From Alphaproteobacteria bacterium (GTDB lineage: Bacteria > Pseudomonadota > Alphaproteobacteria > Bin95), in the NCBI GenBank assembly GCA_963665325.3, contig CAXXWS020000002.1, positions 160,001 to 224,000 on the forward strand: a stretch of 64,000 nucleotides of DNA, written 5' to 3'. This document shows, piece by piece, positions 29,090 through 39,940 of the stretch. The translations under genes were made by a program, and so were the position numbers. Below the pieces are notes generated by a model. It was not told the DNA's origin. It did not search any database and saw only the letters and a list, made by a program, of their open reading frames with translations. How positions within the stretch are numbered: position 1 is the first letter of the stretch; the number at the start of each line of letters is the position of its first letter.

Positions 29090-30217
29090 TCAGGCATCGG
29101 CCCCGAATACGTCCCGCGTATGCGCGCCGAGGCCGGGGGCGGCGCTGCGCACGGGCGGCCGCTCGCCGTCCAGGCTCACCGGCAGCCCGAGCACCGGATA
29201 GCCGGTATCGGGCTCGGTCAGCACCGCGCCGAGCGCCGCCGTCTGCGCATCGTCGGCCGCCTCGCTCACCTTGTTGATCGGCGCGTGCGGCACGCCCGCC
29301 GCCTCCAGCGCCGCCCGCCACGCGGATCGCGGCCGGGTCAGCAGCGCCAGCTGTATGAGCGGGATCAGTGCGGCGCGGTTGGTCAGCCGGTCGCGCACGC
29401 TGGCGAAGCGCGCATCGGTTCCCCATTCGGGCCGGCCGAGCACGTCGCAGAGCCGCCGGTAGAGCCTGTCGTTGCCGGCCGCGATCATGACCGGATCGGT
29501 GGCGGTCTCGAACACCTGGTAGGGGGTGAGCATCGAGTTTCCATTGCCCTGGCGTTCCGGTTCGCGCCCGGTGAACAGATAGTCGGACAATGGCTGATAG
29601 ACCCAGCCGAGGCCGGTCTCGAACAGCGAGACATCGACGCGCCCGCCCTTGCCGGTGCGGTCCCGCCGGCGGAGCGCCGCGAGGATGCCGATGACCGCCC
29701 ACATGCCGGTGCCCGGATCGACGATGGAAGCGCCGGCGCGCATGGGCGGCCCCTCGACCGGCCCGTTCATCGCCATGATGCCGGCATAGGCATGGGCGAG
29801 CGGCTCGTAACCCGGCTTCGAAGACAGAGGTCCGGCCCGGCCGAACGCGCCGACCTCGCAATAGACGAGGCGCGGATTGCGCGCTTCGAGCGCCGCATGG
29901 CCGATGCCGAGCGCCTCCGCCTGGCCGGGGCGCAGATTGTGGACCAGCACATCCGCCCGCTCGACCAGCGCGAGGAACCGGGCCAGCGCCGCCTCGTCCT
30001 TGAAATCCACCACCGCGGAACGCTTGTTGCGGTTGAGGATATGGAAGGCGAGCGGATGGCGTTCGCCGTCCTTTTCCACCAGCCAGAACCGGGCGTCGTC
30101 GCCGCCCGGCTTCTCGATCTTGATGACGTCGGCGCCGAGATCGGCGAGGATCGTGCCGGCGAAGGGGCCGGCGATGTTCTGGCCGATCTCTATTACGGTG
30201 AGGCCGGAAAGCGGCAT
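29090..30217 (-). CDS. CaiB/BaiF family III CoA-transferase
   Basis: IAGPFAGTILADLGADVIKIE, NRNKRS, HNLRPG. Confidence 0.93.
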   Translation of the reverse strand: MPLSGLTVIEIGQNIAGPFAGTILADLGADVIKIEKPGGDDARFWLVEKDGERHPLAFHILNRNKRSAVVDFKDEAALARFLALVERADVLVHNLRPGQAEALGIGHAALEARNPRLVYCEVGAFGRAGPLSSKPGYEPLAHAYAGIMAMNGPVEGPPMRAGASIVDPGTGMWAVIGILAALRRRDRTGKGGRVDVSLFETGLGWVYQPLSDYLFTGREPERQGNGNSMLTPYQVFETATDPVMIAAGNDRLYRRLCDVLGRPEWGTDARFASVRDRLTNRAALIPLIQLALLTRPRSAWRAALEAAGVPHAPINKVSEAADDAQTAALGAVLTEPDTGYPVLGLPVSLDGERPPVRSAAPGLGAHTRDVFGADA

Positions 30218-30319
30218 GGGCGGGTGCGCTCCTGCTGCGCCCGCCGGCGGACAGGGCGAAACCCTTGACCCCGGCGGCGGCTGACGATTCGATGGCCGGG
30301 AACTTAGCAGGGGCGGCAG

Positions 30320-31573
30320 ATGGAACCTAGAAAACTGGCCGCGGACCTCTTCGACGAACTCGCCGACGCCACCCATGACGGGATCGGCATCACGCGGGCG
30401 AGCTATGGCGAGGGCGAGGCGTTCGCGCACGGAGCGGTTGCACGCGCAGCGCAGGCGCTTGGGCTCGAGGTCGAAACCGACCCGGCCTGCAACACCTATA
30501 TGACCTTGCCGGGGACCGACCGCTCGGCGGCGCCGGTGATGATCGGCTCGCACCTGGACTCGGTTGCCGAGGGCGGCAATTTCGACGGCGCTGCGGGCGT
30601 CGTGGCGGGCCTCACGGCGATAGCGGCGCTCCGGCGGCAGGGCGCCGCGCCCGGCCGCGACATCCGCGTCATGGGCATCCGCGCGGAGGAGAGCGCCTGG
30701 TTCGGCACCTCCTATATCGGCAGCCGAGCTGCACTCGGCGCGCTGCCGCCGGGCGCGACCGAGAGCTCGCGGCGGGCGGATACGGGGCGCACGCTGGCCG
30801 AGCATATGCGCGAGGCCGGCGGCGACCCGGATGCGCTCGACCCGCCCTTCCTCGACGCCGGCCGGGTCCACTCCTTCCTGGAGGTGCATATCGAGCAGGG
30901 CCCGGTGCTGGTCGAGCAGGGCCTGCCGGTCGGCATCGTCACCGGCATACGCGGCAACCGCCGCCTGCCGGCCGCGCGCTGCATCGGCGCCTACAGCCAT
31001 TGCGGCGGCATGCCGAGGCGCTCGCGGCAGGACGCCGTGATGGCCACAATGGACCTGATCGCGTGGCTCGACGCGCTCTGGGACGAGCGGGAGGCGGGCG
31101 GGGAGGATTTCGCCTTCACGGTCGGCAAGCTCTCTACCGACCCCGAGCGCCACGCCATGACCATCGTGCCGGGCGAATGCCGCTTTTCGCTCGACATGCG
31201 CTCGCTCGACGCCTCGTTCCTCGACGATCTGGAAGGCCGGCTGGCCGAAGCGGCGCGGAATATCGAGGCGCGGCGCGGCGTCGCCTTCGAGCTGGGCGCG
31301 CCCACCCGCGCCGCGCCCGGCGTGCTGGACGAGGCCATCCGCAGCGGCTTTCTGGCCTGTGCGCGGCACATGGGCGTGCCGCATAACGAGATGGCGAGCG
31401 GGGCAAGCCACGACTCCGCCGCCTTCGCCGCCGCCGGGGTGCCGACCGCCATGATCTTCGTGCGCAACCCGAATGGCAGCCATAATCCCGACGAGGCGAT
31501 GGACCTCGACGATTTCATGGCCGCGGTGGACATACTGACCCGCTGGCTCGCAACCGAAGGAACGCGCGCATGA
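30320..31573 (+). CDS. M20 N-carbamoyl-amino acid amidohydrolase (allantoate amidohydrolase/carbamoylase family)
   Basis: GSHLDSV, GNFDGAAGV, EE, EVHIEQG, SGASHD, SHNPDE. Confidence 0.92.
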   Translation: MEPRKLAADLFDELADATHDGIGITRASYGEGEAFAHGAVARAAQALGLEVETDPACNTYMTLPGTDRSAAPVMIGSHLDSVAEGGNFDGAAGVVAGLTAIAALRRQGAAPGRDIRVMGIRAEESAWFGTSYIGSRAALGALPPGATESSRRADTGRTLAEHMREAGGDPDALDPPFLDAGRVHSFLEVHIEQGPVLVEQGLPVGIVTGIRGNRRLPAARCIGAYSHCGGMPRRSRQDAVMATMDLIAWLDALWDEREAGGEDFAFTVGKLSTDPERHAMTIVPGECRFSLDMRSLDASFLDDLEGRLAEAARNIEARRGVAFELGAPTRAAPGVLDEAIRSGFLACARHMGVPHNEMASGASHDSAAFAAAGVPTAMIFVRNPNGSHNPDEAMDLDDFMAAVDILTRWLATEGTRA

Positions 31574-32523
31574 CCCGCATTGGCATTCTCGACGACTATC
31601 AGGGCATCGCGATGCAGATGGCCGACTGGGACAGCCTGCCGGACGGCTGCCAGGTGGAGGTGTTCCACGACCATGTGGCCGACCCGGCCGCGCTGGCGGA
31701 CCGCCTCGGGGATTTCGAGATCCTCTGCATCATGCGCGAGCGCACGCCCTTCCGGCGCGACATGCTCTCGCGGCTGCCGAACCTGAAGCTGCTGGTGACG
31801 ACGGGCATGCGCAACGCCTCGGTGGATGTGGCGGCGGCTCACGAGCACGGCATCACGGTCTGCGGCACTGCCGGCAGCGCGCACACCACGCCCGAGCTCA
31901 CCTGGGGGCTGATCCTAGCGCTCCAGCGGCATATCCCTGCCGAGGACCGGGCGATGAAGGCCGGCGCCTGGCAGACGACCGTCGGGCGCGGCCTCGCCGG
32001 CACCACGCTCGGCCTGCTGGGCCTCGGGCGGCTCGGATCCGAGGTCGCGCGCGTCGGCAAGGTATTCCGCATGAACCTGATCGCCTGGAGCGAGAACCTG
32101 ACGGCAGAGCGCGCCGCCGAGCACGGCGCGACGCGCGTCGGGAAGGACGAGCTTTTCGCTGAGGCGGACGTGCTGTCCATCCACACGCTGCTGAGCGGGC
32201 GCACGCGCGGGCTGGTCGGTGCGCGCGAACTCGGCCTGATGAAGCCCTCTGCGGTGCTGGTGAACACCTCGCGCGGGCCCATCGTCGACGAGTCGGCGCT
32301 GGTCGACGCGCTCAGGAACCGCACGATCGCGGGGGCCGGCCTCGATGTCTATGACACGGAGCCGCTGCCCCGGGGCCATCTGCTCCGCAGCCTCGACAAT
32401 GCGGTGCTCACGCCGCATCTCGGCTATGTGACGGCGGACACCTTCGCCGTCATGTATCCGCAGACGCTCGAATGCGTGCAGGCCTGGCTCGCCGGAAACC
32501 CGGTGCGTGTCATTCCGGCCTGA
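31570..32523 (+). CDS. D-2-hydroxyacid dehydrogenase
   Basis: ILDDYQ, MRERT, GLGRLG, NTSRG, DVYDTEPL, TPHLG. Confidence 0.93.
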   Translation: MTRIGILDDYQGIAMQMADWDSLPDGCQVEVFHDHVADPAALADRLGDFEILCIMRERTPFRRDMLSRLPNLKLLVTTGMRNASVDVAAAHEHGITVCGTAGSAHTTPELTWGLILALQRHIPAEDRAMKAGAWQTTVGRGLAGTTLGLLGLGRLGSEVARVGKVFRMNLIAWSENLTAERAAEHGATRVGKDELFAEADVLSIHTLLSGRTRGLVGARELGLMKPSAVLVNTSRGPIVDESALVDALRNRTIAGAGLDVYDTEPLPRGHLLRSLDNAVLTPHLGYVTADTFAVMYPQTLECVQAWLAGNPVRVIPA

Positions 32524-32567
32524 AGGCAGGGCAGGGAAAGTCCGGCCGGGCGGTGTAGAATACCGCC

Positions 32568-33980
32568 ATGATGCAGACCGACGGCGCCCCGATGCAGCTT
32601 CGCGACCTTCCGGGCCCGAAGGGCCTGCCTTTTCTGGGCGTCCTGCACCGGCTTCGTTTCGATCGGCTGCACCTGACGCTGGAGGAATGGGCGGACCGAT
32701 ACGGATCGCTCTACCGGATCAACATGGGGCCGCACCCGATCGCCGTGGTCTCGGACAGCGCGGCCATCCAGCGCATCCTGGTGCAGCGCCCGCAGGGCTT
32801 CCGGCGCACCCGCCGGCTGGAGTCGGTGGCCAACGAAATGGGGCTCCGGGGCGTGTTCGCCGCCGAGGGCGAAGACTGGCGCCGACAGCGCCGGATCGTG
32901 GTCGCCGCGCTCAACCGCCACAAGCTCGCGGGCTTCTTCCCGAAGCTCGCGTCGATCGCTGCACGCCTGCGGCGGCGCTGGGAGGGGGCGGCGGACCGGG
33001 GCGAGCCGGTGGACCTTTGCCGGGACCTCATGCGCTTCACCGTCGATGTCACCATGCAGCTCGCTTTCGGCGTCGATGCCAACACGCTGGAGACGCCGGG
33101 GCCGGTCATCCAGCGCCATCTCGACAAGGTATTCCCGGTGCTGCACCGGCGCACCAACGCGCCCTTTACCTACTGGCGCTGGTTCCGCCTGCCGTCGGAC
33201 CGGGCACTCGACCGCGCGCTGAAGGCTATCGAGGCAGAGGTGGGGGGGATGGTGCGTGCCGCCAGGGAGCGCATGGCGGCGGACCCGGAACGCGAGCCCG
33301 TCGACTTCCTGGAGGCCATTCTGGCGGCGGCGGCGGACGAGGGCTCCGGCATCTCCGACGCCGACATCTTCGCCAATGCCGGCACCCTGCTGCTGGCCGG
33401 CGAGGACACCACTGCGAACAGCCTCGCCTGGGCGGTGCACTATTTCACACAATATCCGGACCTGTTCGAGCGGGCCCGCGGCGAGGTCGATTCGGCGGTC
33501 GCGCCGGCACCGGCGATGGAAGACCTGGAACAGGCGAACCGGCTCCCCTTCCTGGATGCCTTCTGCAACGAGGTGATGCGCCTCAAGCCCGTGGCGCCGA
33601 TGCATGTGGCGGAGCCGCTGGCCGACACCGAAATGCTCGGCTGCCTGATCCCGAGGGGCACCCCGATCATGATGCTGCTCCGCCATGCGGCGACGCGGGA
33701 GGAGCATTTCGGCGGCGGCGACCGCTTCGACCCCGAGCGGTGGCTCGCGAAGCGGGAGGGCTGCCCGCACGACCGCCGCGCCTTCCTCCCTTTCGGCGGC
33801 GGCCCGCGCCTCTGCCCCGGCCGCAACCTGGCCTTGCTGGAAATCCGCGCGGTCCTCGCCATGCTCTGCCGCAATTTCGACCTGGAGCCGGTCGGACAGA
33901 ACAAGGAGGTCCGGGAACATCTGGCCTTCACCATGATGCCGGCGGGGCTGAAGGTGCGGCTCAGGCGGCGGGCCGTGTGA
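32568..33980 (+). CDS. Cytochrome P450
   Basis: AGEDTT I-helix, EVMR, FDPERW, PFGGGPRLCPG heme motif. Confidence 0.95.
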   Translation: MMQTDGAPMQLRDLPGPKGLPFLGVLHRLRFDRLHLTLEEWADRYGSLYRINMGPHPIAVVSDSAAIQRILVQRPQGFRRTRRLESVANEMGLRGVFAAEGEDWRRQRRIVVAALNRHKLAGFFPKLASIAARLRRRWEGAADRGEPVDLCRDLMRFTVDVTMQLAFGVDANTLETPGPVIQRHLDKVFPVLHRRTNAPFTYWRWFRLPSDRALDRALKAIEAEVGGMVRAARERMAADPEREPVDFLEAILAAAADEGSGISDADIFANAGTLLLAGEDTTANSLAWAVHYFTQYPDLFERARGEVDSAVAPAPAMEDLEQANRLPFLDAFCNEVMRLKPVAPMHVAEPLADTEMLGCLIPRGTPIMMLLRHAATREEHFGGGDRFDPERWLAKREGCPHDRRAFLPFGGGPRLCPGRNLALLEIRAVLAMLCRNFDLEPVGQNKEVREHLAFTMMPAGLKVRLRRRAV

Positions 33981-34083
33981 GGGGCGCCACGCAGCCGGAA
34001 GACGGGCATTCGGCGCGGCCGCAGACTCCAGGATCATTCAATCGCCCGAAGCTGGCAAGCGCGGACCCGAAGCTACACCGCCT

Positions 34084-35655
34084 CTATCCCCGGCGCCCCT
34101 CCGCCCGAAACGCCCATTTCACCGCCGCGCCTTCCGCGCCGGTGCGGCCTTCCACCAGGATCGCTTGCGTGTTGCGGCGGCGGCCGTCGCCGAGATAGAT
34201 GCTGGGGCCGAGGCTGAGGCGGCCGCCTGCGGCGCTGAAGCGCCATTGCTGGCGGCCGGGGAGCGTCAGTTGCACCGCGCCCGCCTCCAGTTTCGCCTTC
34301 ACATCGGGATGGAGGTGGAAGCGCAGGCTGAAAGGCCAGCCGGCATTGCCTTCCAGCAGGTCCTCGCCGCGCAGGTCGCCGCCCCCGCGCGGCAGGTAGA
34401 GCCGGCGGCGGTGGATGAGGCCGAAGGGCGTGACATAGCCGTCGTGGCTGAGGTCCAGCCAGAGGCCTTCCTCGCCCTCCGAACGCCGCGCCTGCACATT
34501 CAGGCCGCCCGAACGCACGCCGCCGCCCTTGTCGATCTCGACGGCATGCACGTCGTTCACCGTCACGGTGGAATGCGCGGCGGTCGCCCGCGCCAGCTCG
34601 TTCCAGGGCGCGGAGCCGTCCGCCGGCGCGCCGCAATTGACCACAATGCGCTGCGCCCCGTCGCTGAACTCCATGGCGAGCGGGCTTGAATGGCCGCCCC
34701 GGTCGAAACCCTTGGCCGTCGGCAGGCCGCTGTCCACCAGCACCAGCGTGCGCCCGGCATGCAGGCGGTCGAACCCCGCCTCGATGCTGCGGGTCGGCGG
34801 CCGGGCATGACGGTCCACCCGCGCAAGCGCCAGATCGACCAGCACGCCCTCCGATTCGTGCCCGCCATGGAAGCAGGCAAGCCGCTTGTCCCCATGGCGG
34901 AAGAAGGAGAGCGCCGGCCCGGCGTCGCGAATGGCCGCGGCCAGGCGCTCCGGCATGGCGATACCGGCCGCGCGCAGCAGGCCCTGGACCTCGATCAACC
35001 GGCGCAGCGCCGACAATTGCGCTGCCGGGTTGCGCGAGCGGTGGAATCCGTCCGCGAAGAACTGCTCGTCGAGCGCGCGTTCGATCCGGCGCAGCACGGT
35101 CGCGGGCGGCTGCCCGAAGGCGATGGCGGCGGCCAGCGCCCCGGTGAGCGCGGCGAGGCGCGGCAGGCCCTCGGGCGCTGATTCTATGCCGCGCGCGAGC
35201 AAGCCGGCATGCTCGCCCATGCTCTCCGTGATCCGGGCGCGGAAGAGGTCGCCCGCGCTCGCGGCGAAGAACTCGAAACTGCCGAGCCAGGAATAGAGCC
35301 TGGCGCCGGCGATATCGGCGCGCCAGACGTCGCTGCGGCCGGTCCCGTGCGCTTCCAGCCACAGCAGCACCAGGCGCCTCGCCTCGCGCCGGCCCTGGTC
35401 GCCGCCGATGGCGCGCAGATGGCGCAGCCAGTCGAAGCGGTGCCAGAGGAGGGTCGCGAAGTCCTCGGGCGGGGCCCGTAACGCCGCCGCCAATTGCCCG
35501 CCGTCGTTGAGCAGCGCCTGTCCACGGTCCGAGACGCCGGGCCAGAGGTCGCGCGGCGTCACCGCCAGCGTGCGCGCACCGCCGGGGCTGCCGACCAGTC
35601 TCGAAAACCCCGCCGGGAAGAGGCGCCGCCCCGCAAGGCCGCGCACGCCGATCAA
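34084..35655 (-). CDS. Heparinase II/III-family protein
   Basis: HRFDWLRHL, DGFHRSRNP, RATAAHST, RFHLHP; TTG start overlapping the rpe stop. Confidence 0.85.
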   Translation of the reverse strand: MIGVRGLAGRRLFPAGFSRLVGSPGGARTLAVTPRDLWPGVSDRGQALLNDGGQLAAALRAPPEDFATLLWHRFDWLRHLRAIGGDQGRREARRLVLLWLEAHGTGRSDVWRADIAGARLYSWLGSFEFFAASAGDLFRARITESMGEHAGLLARGIESAPEGLPRLAALTGALAAAIAFGQPPATVLRRIERALDEQFFADGFHRSRNPAAQLSALRRLIEVQGLLRAAGIAMPERLAAAIRDAGPALSFFRHGDKRLACFHGGHESEGVLVDLALARVDRHARPPTRSIEAGFDRLHAGRTLVLVDSGLPTAKGFDRGGHSSPLAMEFSDGAQRIVVNCGAPADGSAPWNELARATAAHSTVTVNDVHAVEIDKGGGVRSGGLNVQARRSEGEEGLWLDLSHDGYVTPFGLIHRRRLYLPRGGGDLRGEDLLEGNAGWPFSLRFHLHPDVKAKLEAGAVQLTLPGRQQWRFSAAGGRLSLGPSIYLGDGRRRNTQAILVEGRTGAEGAAVKWAFRAEGRRG

Positions 35656-36320
35656 GGCGCGGCCTCGCGCAGTCGGCGTATGCGCCCGGCGCAGCCCTCG
35701 AGGCCGTCCGCGAAGACGAAGCTGCCCGCGACCAGCACATCGGCGCCCGCGGCGCGGACCTCGGCGGCGGTCTCGTCGGTGATGCCGCCATCCACCTCCA
35801 GGTCGATCTCGCGGCCCGATTCGTCGATGCGGGCGCGCAACTGGGCGATCTTTGCGCATTGCGCGCGAAGGAAGCTCTGTCCGCCGAAGCCCGGATCGAC
35901 CGTCATTGCCAGCACCAGGTCGATATCGCCGAGCACGGCATCGACGGCGCTTGCGGGCGTGCCGGGGTTGAGCGCCACGCCAGCCCGGCGGCCGGCCTGC
36001 CTGATGCGCTGCACGCTGCGGTGGAGGTGCGGCCCCGCCTCGGCATGGACGGTGACGATGTCCGCCCCGGCGTCGAGGAACTCCGGCAGCAGGGGCTCGA
36101 CCGGCGAGATCATCAAATGGGTGTCGAAGGTCAGGCCGGTGTGCTTGCGCAGCGCTTTCACGACTGCGGGACCGATAGTCAGGTTGGGGACGAAATGCCC
36201 GTCCATGACATCGATATGGATAAAATCGGCCCCGGCCGCAGCAAGGCAGTCCACGGCGGCCCCGAGTTCCGCGAAGTCGGCGGAGAGTATCGACGGGGCG
36301 ATCCGCGTTGACCGGCGCAT
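35652..36320 (-). CDS. rpe: Ribulose-phosphate 3-epimerase
   Basis: IAPSILSADF, HIDVMDGHFVPN, PGFGGQ, EVDGG. Confidence 0.97.
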   Translation of the reverse strand: MRRSTRIAPSILSADFAELGAAVDCLAAAGADFIHIDVMDGHFVPNLTIGPAVVKALRKHTGLTFDTHLMISPVEPLLPEFLDAGADIVTVHAEAGPHLHRSVQRIRQAGRRAGVALNPGTPASAVDAVLGDIDLVLAMTVDPGFGGQSFLRAQCAKIAQLRARIDESGREIDLEVDGGITDETAAEVRAAGADVLVAGSFVFADGLEGCAGRIRRLREAAP

Positions 36321-36389
36321 GAACAATTGATAGCAGCAGGCTGGCGGACCATCAATCCGGTGCGCGCCCGTAACCCCAGCGAGGCAGGC

Positions 36390-37298
36390 ATGGCCGCGCC
36401 GATTTCCTTCTACCGGGATTTCGACATCGAACCGGAACGGGTCTATGAGCTGACGCCGCTGGTACGCCGCATCACCAGCGCCAATCCGAGCCTGTTCACC
36501 TTCAAGGGCACCAATACCTATATCGTCGGGCAGGGCGAGGTGGCGGTGATCGACCCCGGCCCGGAGGATGCAGCCCACACGCAGGCGATCCTGGACGTGC
36601 TCGGGGGCGAGACCGTCACCCATATCGTCGCGACGCACACCCACCGCGACCACTCGCCCGGCTGCGCCGCGCTCAAGGCCGCTACCGGCGCTCCCACCTG
36701 CGGCTACGGCCCGCACGGCGTCGGCGCCCGGCGCAACTGGCCCTTCGACTCGCCGGAAGGCGGCGACATGGGCTTCGACCCCGATATCCGCATCCCCGAC
36801 GGCGGGCGGATCGAGGGCCGCGGCTGGACGCTGGAAGGCGTATTCACGCCGGGCCATATCTCCAACCATCTCTGCTTCGCGTTGCCGGAAGAGGGCTCGC
36901 TGTTCAGCGGCGACCATGTGATGGGCTGGTCCACCTCCATCGTCTCGCCGCCCGACGGCGACATGGCGCATTACATGGCGAGCCTGCGCAAGGTGCGGGC
37001 GCGGTCGGAAACGCCCTGGTGGCCGGGCCACGGGCCCCCGATCGCCGAGCCCGGCCCCTTCGTCGATGCCTTCATCGCGCACAGGCAGGAGCGCGAGCAG
37101 GCGATCCTGGCCTGCCTCGACGACGGCGTGGCGGCGATCCCGGAGATGGTCCGGCGCATCTATACGGACGTCGATCCGGGCCTGCACCGCGCCGCCGGGC
37201 GCTCCGTGCTCTCTCACCTGCTGCACATGGTCGAGGACGGCCGCGCGGCTTGCCCCGACGACCCGCCGGGCCCCGACTCGCGTTACGCCCGCGCGTAA
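36390..37298 (+). CDS. MBL-fold hydrolase (LACTB2-like)
   Basis: GTNTY, THTHRDH, TPGH, SGDH, PGHG. Confidence 0.9.
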   Translation: MAAPISFYRDFDIEPERVYELTPLVRRITSANPSLFTFKGTNTYIVGQGEVAVIDPGPEDAAHTQAILDVLGGETVTHIVATHTHRDHSPGCAALKAATGAPTCGYGPHGVGARRNWPFDSPEGGDMGFDPDIRIPDGGRIEGRGWTLEGVFTPGHISNHLCFALPEEGSLFSGDHVMGWSTSIVSPPDGDMAHYMASLRKVRARSETPWWPGHGPPIAEPGPFVDAFIAHRQEREQAILACLDDGVAAIPEMVRRIYTDVDPGLHRAAGRSVLSHLLHMVEDGRAACPDDPPGPDSRYARA

Positions 37299-37332
37299 TA
37301 TTGAACTGGGTCGGCAATCCCGGGGGAGGGCG

Positions 37333-38082
37333 ATGACGGACGACATCGAACGGCTGAAGGCGGCGATCGGCAAGGCGCGGCGCGCGGTGGTGTTCACCGG
37401 GGCCGGCATCAGCACCGAGTCCGGCATCCCGGATTTCCGCAGCCCCGGCGGTGTGTGGGACCGCTACAAGCCGATCATGTTCGACGACTTCATCTCCTCG
37501 GAGGAGATGCGCCGCGAGACCTGGCGGCGCAAGATCGAGACCGACAAGACGATGACGGGCGCCCGCCCGAACCGCGGCCACCGTGCCGTGGCGGCGCTAG
37601 TGGAGCGTGGCCTCGTCTCGGCCGTCATCACGCAGAATATCGACGGGCTGCACCAGGCTTCCGGCGTGCCGGACGACAAGGTGATCGAGCTGCACGGCAA
37701 CTCCACCTATGCCACCTGCCTCGATTGCAGGCTGCGTTACGAGCTTGACGACATCCTCGCGGCCTTCCGCAAGGACGAGACCCTGCCGCTCTGCACCTCC
37801 TGCGGCGGCATGGTGAAGACGGCGACGATTTCCTTCGGCCAGGCCATGCCGGAAGACGCCATGCGCCGGGCCGAGCTCGAGACGATGGCGGCGGACCTGT
37901 TCATCGTCTGCGGCTCCTCGCTGGTGGTCTATCCGGCGGCGGGTTTCCCCATTGCGGCGAAGCGCAATGGCGCCTTCCTCGCCATCGTCAACCGCGAGCC
38001 GACCGATCTCGACCGGTTCGCGGACCTCACCGTGCATGACGAGATCGGGGACGCGCTGGGCGGCGCGGTCGGCAACAACTGA
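37333..38082 (+). CDS. cobB: NAD-dependent protein deacylase (sirtuin)
   Basis: [26 protein letters not shown], two Cxx[11 protein letters not shown]. Confidence 0.9.
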   Translation: MTDDIERLKAAIGKARRAVVFTGAGISTESGIPDFRSPGGVWDRYKPIMFDDFISSEEMRRETWRRKIETDKTMTGARPNRGHRAVAALVERGLVSAVITQNIDGLHQASGVPDDKVIELHGNSTYATCLDCRLRYELDDILAAFRKDETLPLCTSCGGMVKTATISFGQAMPEDAMRRAELETMAADLFIVCGSSLVVYPAAGFPIAAKRNGAFLAIVNREPTDLDRFADLTVHDEIGDALGGAVGNN

Positions 38083-39257
38083 TGACGGTCCCAACGCTGG
38101 ACGGGCTCGACGCGGCCGGGCTGACGGTGCTGCTGCGCGCCGACCTCAACGTGCCCATGCAGGGCGGCAGGGTGGGCGACCGCACCCGCATCGAACGGAC
38201 CGTGCCGACGATCGGCGAACTCGCGGCTCAGGGCGCGCGCGTCGTCGTCCTCTCCCATCTCGGGCGGCCGAAGGGCAGGCCCGCGCCGGAACTCTCGCTG
38301 CGCCCGGTGGCGGAGGCGCTGGCGGACGCGCTGGAGGCGCCTGTGGCCTTCGCGGCGGCCGACCCGGCCGCGGTCATCGCTGGCCTCCCGCCGGGCGGGG
38401 TGGCGATGCTGGAGAACCTGCGTTTCGACCCGGGCGAGGAGGCCAACGACGCGGAATATGCCGCCCGGCTGGCCTCGCTCGGCGACGCTTATGTGAACGA
38501 CGCCTTCTCCGCCGCGCACCGGGCACACGCCTCCACCGAGGCGCTGGCGCGGCTGCTGCCGGCCGCGGCCGGGCGGCTGATGCAGCGCGAGCTGGAGGCG
38601 CTTGAAGCGGCGCTCGGTTCCCCCAGGCGTCCGGCGGCGGCAATCGTGGGCGGGGCGAAGGTGTCGACCAAGCTCGACCTGCTCGGCAATCTAGCGGCCA
38701 GGGTCGATCTGCTCGTCATCGGCGGCGGCATGGCCAATACTTTCCTTCATGCCCAGGGCTACGAGGTCGGCCGCAGCCTCTGCGAGCGCGACATGGCGGA
38801 GACCGCGCGGGGCATTCTCGATGCGGCGGCGGCCGCCGGCTGCGAAGTGCTGCTGCCGGAGGATGCGGTCGTGGCGCCCCGGCTCGAAGCGGGTGCGCCG
38901 ACGGAGGTCGTGGCGGTGGACAAGGTGCCGGCCGAGGCCATGATCCTCGATGTCGGCCCGAAGAGCATCGCCGCCCTGATCGACCGGCTGGGGTTGCTGC
39001 GCACACTGGTCTGGAACGGCCCGCTCGGCGCCTTCGAGGTGCCGCCCTTCGACCGCGGCACCAACGAGGTGGCGCAGGCCGCGGCCGGCATGGACGGGCT
39101 GCTGACCGTGGCCGGCGGCGGCGACACGGTGGCGGCGCTCGCGCAGGCCGGCGTGGTCGAGCGGTTCGACTATGTCTCGACCGCCGGCGGCGCGTTCCTC
39201 GAATGGATGGAAGGCCGGGTGCTGCCCGGCGTGGCGGCGCTGGAGGCCGTGGCATGA
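38082..39257 (+). CDS. pgk: Phosphoglycerate kinase
   Basis: [38 protein letters not shown]. Confidence 0.97.
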   Translation: MTVPTLDGLDAAGLTVLLRADLNVPMQGGRVGDRTRIERTVPTIGELAAQGARVVVLSHLGRPKGRPAPELSLRPVAEALADALEAPVAFAAADPAAVIAGLPPGGVAMLENLRFDPGEEANDAEYAARLASLGDAYVNDAFSAAHRAHASTEALARLLPAAAGRLMQRELEALEAALGSPRRPAAAIVGGAKVSTKLDLLGNLAARVDLLVIGGGMANTFLHAQGYEVGRSLCERDMAETARGILDAAAAAGCEVLLPEDAVVAPRLEAGAPTEVVAVDKVPAEAMILDVGPKSIAALIDRLGLLRTLVWNGPLGAFEVPPFDRGTNEVAQAAAGMDGLLTVAGGGDTVAALAQAGVVERFDYVSTAGGAFLEWMEGRVLPGVAALEAVA

Positions 39258-39922
39258 CCCTTTCCCAACGTCTTTCGGCCGAGTTCGTAGGCACCGCCAT
39301 GCTGCTCGCGGTGGTGGTCGGCTCCGGCATCATGGGAGAGACGCTCGCCGGCGGAAATGTGGCTATCGCGCTGCTCGGTAACACCATTGCAACAGGCGCG
39401 ATCCTGGTGGTGCTGATCCTGATCCTTGGGCCGGTCTCGGGCGCGCATTTCAACCCGGCGGTGACCGTTGCCTTCCTGATGCGGCGCGAGATCGGGCCGG
39501 GCGACGCCGCGCTCTACATCCTCGTGCAGGTGGCGGGCGGACTGCTGGGCGTGGCGGTCGCGCACATCATGTTCGAGCAACCGGAGCTGTTCTTCGCGTC
39601 CGGCAAGGAGCGGTCGGGCTTCCCGCAGGCCTTCTCGGAGGGCGTCGCCGCCTTCGGTCTGGTGTTCACCATCCTGCTCTGCCTGAAGGCGAAATCGGAA
39701 GCCGTGGCCTGGGCGGTCGGACTCTACATCACCGCCGGCTACTGGTTCACCGCCTCGACCTCCTTCGCCAACCCGGCGGTGACGGTCGCGCGCGCCTTCA
39801 CCGACACCTTCTCCGGCATCCGCCCGGAGGACGCGCCCGCCTTCATCCTCGCCCAGTTCATCGGCGCTGCGCTCGCCGTCGCCCTCGCGCGCTTCCTCGG
39901 CGCCGGCGCGGGAAAGGGGTAG
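39254..39922 (+). CDS. MIP/aquaporin channel (AqpS-like)
   Basis: SGAHFNPA and STSFANPA. Confidence 0.92.
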   Translation: MTLSQRLSAEFVGTAMLLAVVVGSGIMGETLAGGNVAIALLGNTIATGAILVVLILILGPVSGAHFNPAVTVAFLMRREIGPGDAALYILVQVAGGLLGVAVAHIMFEQPELFFASGKERSGFPQAFSEGVAAFGLVFTILLCLKAKSEAVAWAVGLYITAGYWFTASTSFANPAVTVARAFTDTFSGIRPEDAPAFILAQFIGAALAVALARFLGAGAGKG

Positions 39923-39940
39923 GAGACGAGCCGGCCGCCG

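Noticed and set aside
37333-38082. Second sirtuin as a defence gene
   Set aside because: Short Zn-binding CobB-type deacylase in a housekeeping context.
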